Assembly (NCBI GenBank): GCA_023251075.1
Contig: JAHEZM010000001.1
Span: forward strand, 145,482 to 209,481
Direction of reading: 5' to 3'
Length of the DNA stretch: 64,000 nt
Source: Flavobacteriales bacterium
GTDB taxonomy: Bacteria; Bacteroidota; Bacteroidia; Flavobacteriales_C; GCA-002722245
The translations under genes were made by a program, and so were the position numbers. Positions 58,554 through 64,000 of the stretch are shown here, piece after piece. Positions within the stretch are counted from its first letter, which is position 1; every line of letters begins with the position of its first letter. The notes under the pieces were generated by a model. The model was not told the origin of the DNA. It saw only the letters and a program-made list of their open reading frames with translations, and searched no databases.

Positions 58554-58669
58554 TAGGACAATAGTTCCTTCGGAGTACCTCAGGATGACAACCACTCTCA
58601 AAACTCCCTCTTATTATGCATTTGGGCGTAATTGTCATCCTGAGGTACTCCGAAGGAACCATCGTTCTA
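58554..58669. repeat. Palindromic element, family B, copy B2
   Basis: 38-bp IR TAGGACAATAGTTCCTTCGGAGTACCTCAGGATGACAA / TTGTCATCCTGAGGTACTCCGAAGGAACCATCGTTCTA; loop similar to B1. Confidence 0.9.
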
Positions 58670-58787
58670 ATAAGTTAAGAATTTAATCACACTACTTTAT
58701 AGCACTACCAAATAAATATTTCCAATTCAGAAACCTAAATACGTAAATCACCGTATCAATCAACAAATCAATTAAATCAAAGAAAAA

Positions 58788-58922
58788 ATGAAAATTTTAT
58801 CAAGCTTAGCAATTGCAACAGTATTATTTTTAGCATCATGTAGTTCTACAGAATACATTGGAAAACAAGGAGACAGTATTTTAAAATCAAAAAGAGTAAA
58901 TACAAGCTGTATCAACTACTAA
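58788..58922 (+). CDS. Small 44-aa lipoprotein (below the ORF-track cutoff)
   Basis: MKILSSLAIATVLFLASC|SSTEYIGKQGDSILKSKRVNTSCINY*; lipobox LASC, A-rich upstream region, terminator downstream. Confidence 0.7.
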   Translation: MKILSSLAIATVLFLASCSSTEYIGKQGDSILKSKRVNTSCINY

Positions 58923-58948
58923 AACAAGGTTTACAAAACCAATTGAAT

Positions 58949-58980
58949 TCAGATTACAAATTGTTAATCTGATTTTTTTT
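58949..58980 (+). terminator. Intrinsic terminator after the small lipoprotein
   Basis: TCAGATTA-caaattgt-TAATCTGA followed by a T8 run. Confidence 0.6.
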
Positions 58981-58991
58981 GTCCTTTTTTT

Positions 58992-61586
58992 CTACTCTTC
59001 AAATTCCAAGGTAGCTTGTGAATCATCATTATCTTCAGGAACATCAGGTTCTAAGGCTTCTGCTGGTGGTTCCAACGAATCTAAACGATTGATGTGTTTG
59101 ATTTTATTCATCGATAGGCGATTGCCTATTGCCTTTAAACCTTTAACGGTAATGAACTCATCTAAAACAACTTTCTCTGGTTTCTTTTCTTTACCACCTT
59201 CTTTGGAAAATACCACTTCAATTACCGGACGCCAATCAGTGCTCACATATTCCATATACGAACCTTCCTCTTCACCAATAAACAATACTTTTCTTTCCGT
59301 TGGTTCTATTAAGAAACGTTTAACGTTGAATGCTTTTTTGGCTGGATCGAAATACACGCATGAGATTGGTTTTTTAGATCGCCATTTCTCTATCACAATC
59401 ATGTCCTCTTCGAAATGAGTATCTAGTTTGCAAGGATGCAGCATGTAGTGTCCCGATTGCATAATCACCAATATCTTATCATCTCCACGGAACTCACCTA
59501 AAAACTGTCCACGCTCTTCTGTATTCAGCCTACGCGTTACATCATCGAACCAAATTTTAAGAGCTGATAAAGTAGAAACTCCTTCTTCTTTCAACATCAC
59601 TTTTTTAACCGGATATTTCGATAAAATATTCCCTAATGAATTTCTTCCTTTAATAGCCAATAATTTAAAATCATAATCGAAATTAAATTTCTTAATTCCC
59701 GGAATTGGTTTTAACTGAACATTTACCACTTCTGCTTCACCGTTTGGATTAGCAGAAAAATACAACACTTTAGAACCTGCTGTACCCTTAGTGATTTGAT
59801 AATCTTTATCGCGGGTTACCCCTGTTACAGCGAAGCGTTTTACCATAGCATGACCTTTAGCGCCATCCTGATAAATCACATTGTAAATGGTACGCTCATC
59901 GGCTTTTTTCCAAACATTACAATAAATAATTCCTTTGCCAACAAATACTTTATTGGCCACTTTCACCACCTTTAAAGTACCATCTTCCAAGAAAACTACG
60001 ATGTCATCTATCTCCGAACAATCGGCAACGTAATTGTCTTCTTTCTTGATACCCCATCCTATAAACCCTTCTTCGGCATCAACATATAATTTTCTATTGG
60101 CGATGATTACATCGGTAGCCTGAATATTTTCGAAAGTTCTGATTTCTGTTTTGCGTTCTCTGCCTTCTCCGTATTTCTTTTTTAAGTTTTTGAAATATTC
60201 AACGGCGTAATCAATGATGTTTTTCAAATGATGCTTTACCTCTTTCAACTGCTCCTCCAACTGAACAATATCGTTGTTGGCTTTTTCGCTGTCGAACTTG
60301 GAAATACGCTTAATTTTGATTTCTGTTAACCGCGCAACATCTTCATCGGTAACCGGACGAATCAATTTTTTAATGTGAGGTTTTAATCCTTTGTGAATGG
60401 CCTTAATTACTTCTTCCCAAGTTTCACATTCCTCAATATTACGGTATATTTTTTTCTCGATAAATATTCTTTCCAAAGAAGCAAAATGCCAAAGTTTTTC
60501 CAGTTCTTCTTTGCGAATTTCCAATTCTCTTTTCAGCAATTCTAATGTCGATTCGGTTGAACGTTTCAACATTTCAGCAACGCCTAAAAATTTAGGTTTA
60601 TCTTCATGAATAACACAAGCATTAGGGGAAATAGATACTTCGCAATCGGTGAATGCATACAAAGCATCCATTGTTGTATCAGGAGAAATACCTGCCGGCA
60701 AGTGAATCATAATTTCCACTTTATCAGAAGTATTGTCTTCAATGTTTCTAATTTTAATTTTTCCTTTTTCAGTAGCTTTTACAATCGACTCCATTAAGGA
60801 AGTAGTGGTAGTTGAAAAAGGAATTTCGGTGATCGACAAAGTCTTTTTATCGATCTTATTTATTTTCGCTCTTACCCTGATTCTTCCTCCACGTAAACCA
60901 TCGTTGTAGTTGGATACATCTACCAATCCACCTGTGGGGAAATCGGGAAATAACTGCGTATTTCTACCTCGCAACCGAGCGATAGAAGCATCAATCAATT
61001 CAATGAAATTATGAGGCAAAATTTTACAAGCCAAACCTACTGCAATACCTTCAACTCCTTGCGCCAGCAACAACGGAAATTTCATTGGCGTAGTAACAGG
61101 CTCTTTGTTTCTTCCGTCGTAAGAATCCATCCACTCGGTAGTTTTAGGGTTGAAAGCAACCTCTAAAGCAAACTTGGTTAAACGAGCTTCAATATAACGG
61201 GAAGCAGCAGCTCTATCACCCGTGAGAATATTTCCCCAATTACCCTGGCAATCAATCAGCAAATCTTTTTGTCCCACATTTACCAACGCATCAGCAATAG
61301 ATACATCACCATGCGGATGGTACTTCATCGTGTTACCCACAATGTTCGCCACCTTATTGTAACGACCATCTTCCAACTCCCACATAGAATATAAAGCACG
61401 ACGTTGAACCGGTTTCAATCCGTCGTCAACGTGTGGCACGGCACGCTCCAAAATAACATAAGAAGCATAATCCAAAAACCAGTTTTCGTACATCCCACGA
61501 ACAGCAACAATATTCTCTAAATGAGCATCGCTGTTGTCTTGGTTCAACTCCTGGTAATCGTCTTCGTTATTTGTTTTATCTACCAT
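58992..61586 (-). CDS. parC: DNA topoisomerase IV subunit A (Bacteroidetes type)
   Basis: DGLKPVQRR, YHPHGD and AAASRYIEARL (catalytic Tyr) motifs. Confidence 0.92.
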   Translation of the reverse strand: MVDKTNNEDDYQELNQDNSDAHLENIVAVRGMYENWFLDYASYVILERAVPHVDDGLKPVQRRALYSMWELEDGRYNKVANIVGNTMKYHPHGDVSIADALVNVGQKDLLIDCQGNWGNILTGDRAAASRYIEARLTKFALEVAFNPKTTEWMDSYDGRNKEPVTTPMKFPLLLAQGVEGIAVGLACKILPHNFIELIDASIARLRGRNTQLFPDFPTGGLVDVSNYNDGLRGGRIRVRAKINKIDKKTLSITEIPFSTTTTSLMESIVKATEKGKIKIRNIEDNTSDKVEIMIHLPAGISPDTTMDALYAFTDCEVSISPNACVIHEDKPKFLGVAEMLKRSTESTLELLKRELEIRKEELEKLWHFASLERIFIEKKIYRNIEECETWEEVIKAIHKGLKPHIKKLIRPVTDEDVARLTEIKIKRISKFDSEKANNDIVQLEEQLKEVKHHLKNIIDYAVEYFKNLKKKYGEGRERKTEIRTFENIQATDVIIANRKLYVDAEEGFIGWGIKKEDNYVADCSEIDDIVVFLEDGTLKVVKVANKVFVGKGIIYCNVWKKADERTIYNVIYQDGAKGHAMVKRFAVTGVTRDKDYQITKGTAGSKVLYFSANPNGEAEVVNVQLKPIPGIKKFNFDYDFKLLAIKGRNSLGNILSKYPVKKVMLKEEGVSTLSALKIWFDDVTRRLNTEERGQFLGEFRGDDKILVIMQSGHYMLHPCKLDTHFEEDMIVIEKWRSKKPISCVYFDPAKKAFNVKRFLIEPTERKVLFIGEEEGSYMEYVSTDWRPVIEVVFSKEGGKEKKPEKVVLDEFITVKGLKAIGNRLSMNKIKHINRLDSLEPPAEALEPDVPEDNDDSQATLEFEE

Positions 61587-61594
61587 TTCTTATT

Positions 61595-63448
61595 CTAAAC
61601 TTTTTCTACAAAATCATCTTTCTCCACACGCAAATTATCCATGATGAAAACCTGACGGTCGGGCGTATTTTTACCCATGTAAAACTCTAATAATTCATTC
61701 AACTTAGAATTTTTACCGAGCACTACAGGCTCCAATCGTATATTTTCATTAATGAAGTTTTTAAACTCATCGGGAGAAATCTCACCCAATCCCTTGAATC
61801 GTGTGATTTCGGGTTTCTTCAAATCGTTAATCGCTTTTTGTCTCTCTTCATCAGAGTAACAATATCTGGTTTCTTGTCGGTTACGAACTCTAAACAAAGG
61901 TGTTTGTAATATATAAAGGTGTCCGTTAGAAACCAACTCAGGGAAAAATTGCAAGAAGAAAGTCACCAACAACAAACGAATATGCATACCATCCACATCG
62001 GCATCGGTAGCAATTACTACTTGATTGTAACGCAAGCCATCTAAACTTTCTTCAATATTCAAAGCCGCTTGCAGCAAATTGAATTCCTCATTTTCGTACA
62101 CCACTTTTTTGGTTAGTCCGTAAACATTCAAAGGTTTACCGCGCAAAGAGAAAACTGCTTGCGTTTGCACATCGCGCGATTTGGTGATAGAACCACTTGC
62201 AGAATCTCCCTCGGTAATAAACAAGGTTGTTGCATTGGCGCGCTCATCGGCACCTTCCTGATTGTAATGTATTTTACAATCCCTTAGTTTCTTATTGTGT
62301 AAAGATGCTTTTTTAGCATTGTCTCTGGCAATTTTACGAATACCCGACAACTCTTTTCTTTCTCTTTCAGAGCGTTGAATCTGACGCAAAATCTCTTCGG
62401 AAACCGCTGGATTTTTGTGTAAAAAATTATCTAATTCTCTTTTTAAGAAATCACCAATAAATGACTTCATTGATGTTCCGCCAGGTTCAATTTCTTGTGA
62501 GCCTAGTTTAGTTTTGGTTTGCGATTCGAATACTGGCTCAATAACTTTCACGCTCACCGCAGCCACCAAAGACTGGCGAACATCTACTGCCTCAAATTCT
62601 TTTCCGTAAAACTCTCGAATGGTTTTTACATACATCTCTCTGAAAGCTCCTTGATGCGTTCCTCCTTGAGTAGTATGTTGTCCGTTTACAAACGAATAAT
62701 ATTCCTCACCATATTTCTTAGCATGTGTGAAAGCCACTTCAATATCATCTCCTTTTAAATGAACGATGGGATAAAAAGGATCGGCAGAAAGATTACTCGT
62801 TAGTAAATCTCTTAATCCATTCTCTGAGAAAAATTTCTCGCCATTGAAATAAATGGTTAATCCCGGATTCAAATGCACATAATTCCACATCATGCGCTGC
62901 ACGTGCTGCACACGATACTGATAATTGTGAAATATTTTCTCGTCGGGAACAAAAGAAGTCATCGTTCCTTTTCGCTGCGTCGATGCTTCTATCTTATAAT
63001 CTTTAGTGATATTTCCTTTTTCGAATTCGGCACGTTTTACTTTATCTTCACGGTACGACATTACCTCGAAATAATTCGACAAAGCATTTACCGCTTTGGT
63101 ACCTACTCCATTTAAACCCACAGATTTCTTAAAGGCTCGTGAATCATACTTACCACCAGTATTGATAATCGATACACAATCAATCACTTTACCTAGAGGA
63201 ATCCCTCTACCGTAATCGCGAACCGTTACTTTTCTATCTTTAATTTTAACCTCAATCACTTTTCCATTCCCCATCACAAACTCATCGATTGAGTTGTCGA
63301 TTATCTCTTTTAATAAAATATAAATACCATCATCGGCAGCAGAGCCATCACCTAGCTTACCAATGTACATACCCGGACGCATACGCATATGTTCCTTCCA
63401 ATCGAGGGAGCGTATGTTGTCTTCGTTATATTCTACTTCTTCTGCCAT
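61595..63448 (-). CDS. parE: DNA topoisomerase IV subunit B
   Basis: [28 protein letters not shown] and RFKGLGE motifs; likely start MAEEVEY at 63448. Confidence 0.93.
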   Translation of the reverse strand: MAEEVEYNEDNIRSLDWKEHMRMRPGMYIGKLGDGSAADDGIYILLKEIIDNSIDEFVMGNGKVIEVKIKDRKVTVRDYGRGIPLGKVIDCVSIINTGGKYDSRAFKKSVGLNGVGTKAVNALSNYFEVMSYREDKVKRAEFEKGNITKDYKIEASTQRKGTMTSFVPDEKIFHNYQYRVQHVQRMMWNYVHLNPGLTIYFNGEKFFSENGLRDLLTSNLSADPFYPIVHLKGDDIEVAFTHAKKYGEEYYSFVNGQHTTQGGTHQGAFREMYVKTIREFYGKEFEAVDVRQSLVAAVSVKVIEPVFESQTKTKLGSQEIEPGGTSMKSFIGDFLKRELDNFLHKNPAVSEEILRQIQRSERERKELSGIRKIARDNAKKASLHNKKLRDCKIHYNQEGADERANATTLFITEGDSASGSITKSRDVQTQAVFSLRGKPLNVYGLTKKVVYENEEFNLLQAALNIEESLDGLRYNQVVIATDADVDGMHIRLLLVTFFLQFFPELVSNGHLYILQTPLFRVRNRQETRYCYSDEERQKAINDLKKPEITRFKGLGEISPDEFKNFINENIRLEPVVLGKNSKLNELLEFYMGKNTPDRQVFIMDNLRVEKDDFVEKV

Positions 63449-63572
63449 TTTGAGTGGGCTAAAAATACTAAGAATCGCTGGCACACAAGAGATTTACCTT
63501 ACTTTTTATTAACATTACTTGTTCACACAACATTACAAAAAGAGAATCGTTCATCTTAAAATTGAAATTTCT

Positions 63573-63713
63573 ATGTCACCTAAAACATTTTTAATTCTTT
63601 TTGTTTCCGTTTTTTTACTCTTTAGCACATCTTGCTCTCATCAAAAATATTGTGTTGGGGGAAAAAAGAAATACAAACAAATAAAAAAAGACACCAATAT
63701 GATGGTGTTTTAG
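63573..63713 (+). CDS. Small 46-aa basic lipoprotein
   Basis: MSPKTFLILFVSVFLLFSTSC|SHQKYCVGGKKKYKQIKK...; lipobox-like STSC. Confidence 0.6.
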   Translation: MSPKTFLILFVSVFLLFSTSCSHQKYCVGGKKKYKQIKKDTNMMVF

Positions 63714-63882
63714 ACATTTTACACCTTCTCATTTTTTCAAAATTTCATTTCATTTTTTCTCAAAGACAACTTAAAAACATTAATCTTGTTGCGTTTCAGG
63801 AAATGTAAATCATTTTGAAGCAAAATGTTAAACTATTTTTCATGCTCATGATGTACTTTCATCAAAACCAAATCAAACAAAT

Positions 63883-64000
63883 ATGAAAAAAATTTATTCC
63901 CTTATCATTTCAATTTTGTGCACTGCATTATGTTTTGCGCAAAATTTCCCTTTCCCTCAAAACCTTCCCTATACGGCAGGTACAATTAAGCCTAATCACA
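63883..64000 (+). CDS. N-terminus of an exported protein, probably glycoside hydrolase family 8 (runs off window end)
   Basis: MKKIYSLIISILCTALCFAQ signal peptide, then PFPQNLPYTAGTIKPNH, which resembles the N-terminal PFPQ..Y.G.IKPNH of GH8 chitosanases/glucanases. Confidence 0.6.
   Translation, partial: MKKIYSLIISILCTALCFAQNFPFPQNLPYTAGTIKPNH

Noticed and set aside
58459-58662. 67-aa minus-strand ORF
   Set aside because: It is made of palindrome B2 plus the antisense of tag.
292-58669. Possibility that the repeats are a CRISPR array, tRNAs or riboswitches
   Set aside because: They are dispersed single palindromes with no repeat-spacer periodicity, no cas genes and no cloverleaf. I could not match a Moco or cobalamin riboswitch consensus by eye.
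1464-63115. Numerous 60-190 aa ORFs antisense to or nested in long genes (e.g. 2601-2987, 46878-47366, 49841-50401)
   Set aside because: These are shadow ORFs of well-supported genes with no recognisable motifs.

Overview
This is an AT-rich chromosomal window from a Bacteroidota bacterium. The assignment rests on a T9SS type-B sorting domain, TAnnTTTG promoter elements, and Bacteroidetes-style gene order (bshA/GH3-serine hydrolase, NUDIX/pyrE, birA/rsfS-ftsH-cdsA-psd, parE/parC). Most of it is housekeeping. A ~20 kb accessory block (32.7-52.5 kb) holds a molybdenum-cofactor operon (HTH-only modE with a ModE-type palindrome at its start codon, moaA, moeA, TSUP, moaD, moaE, moaCB, mobA). This converges on a nitrate-assimilation operon (amt, nirB, nirD, AlgE-like porin, NarK/NRT2 transporter, a nitrate reductase fused to an NADH/FAD diaphorase, and a NiR/SiR-like scaffold fused to rubredoxin). 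Intergenic regions carry at least seven nested-palindrome elements in three families (A: 292, 8941, 41740; B: 21551, 40082, 58554; C: GTAG-type at 36688). The A and B copies keep their secondary structure while diverging in sequence, and no transposase is in the window. Other oddities are a 1720-aa T9SS protein with a putative lysozyme/chitinase-like N-terminal domain, an RsfS with a histone-H1-like tail, a long-type DapD, and small proteins missing from the ORF track. I saw no rRNA, tRNA or CRISPR array. All calls come from reading motifs by eye; no database searches were run.
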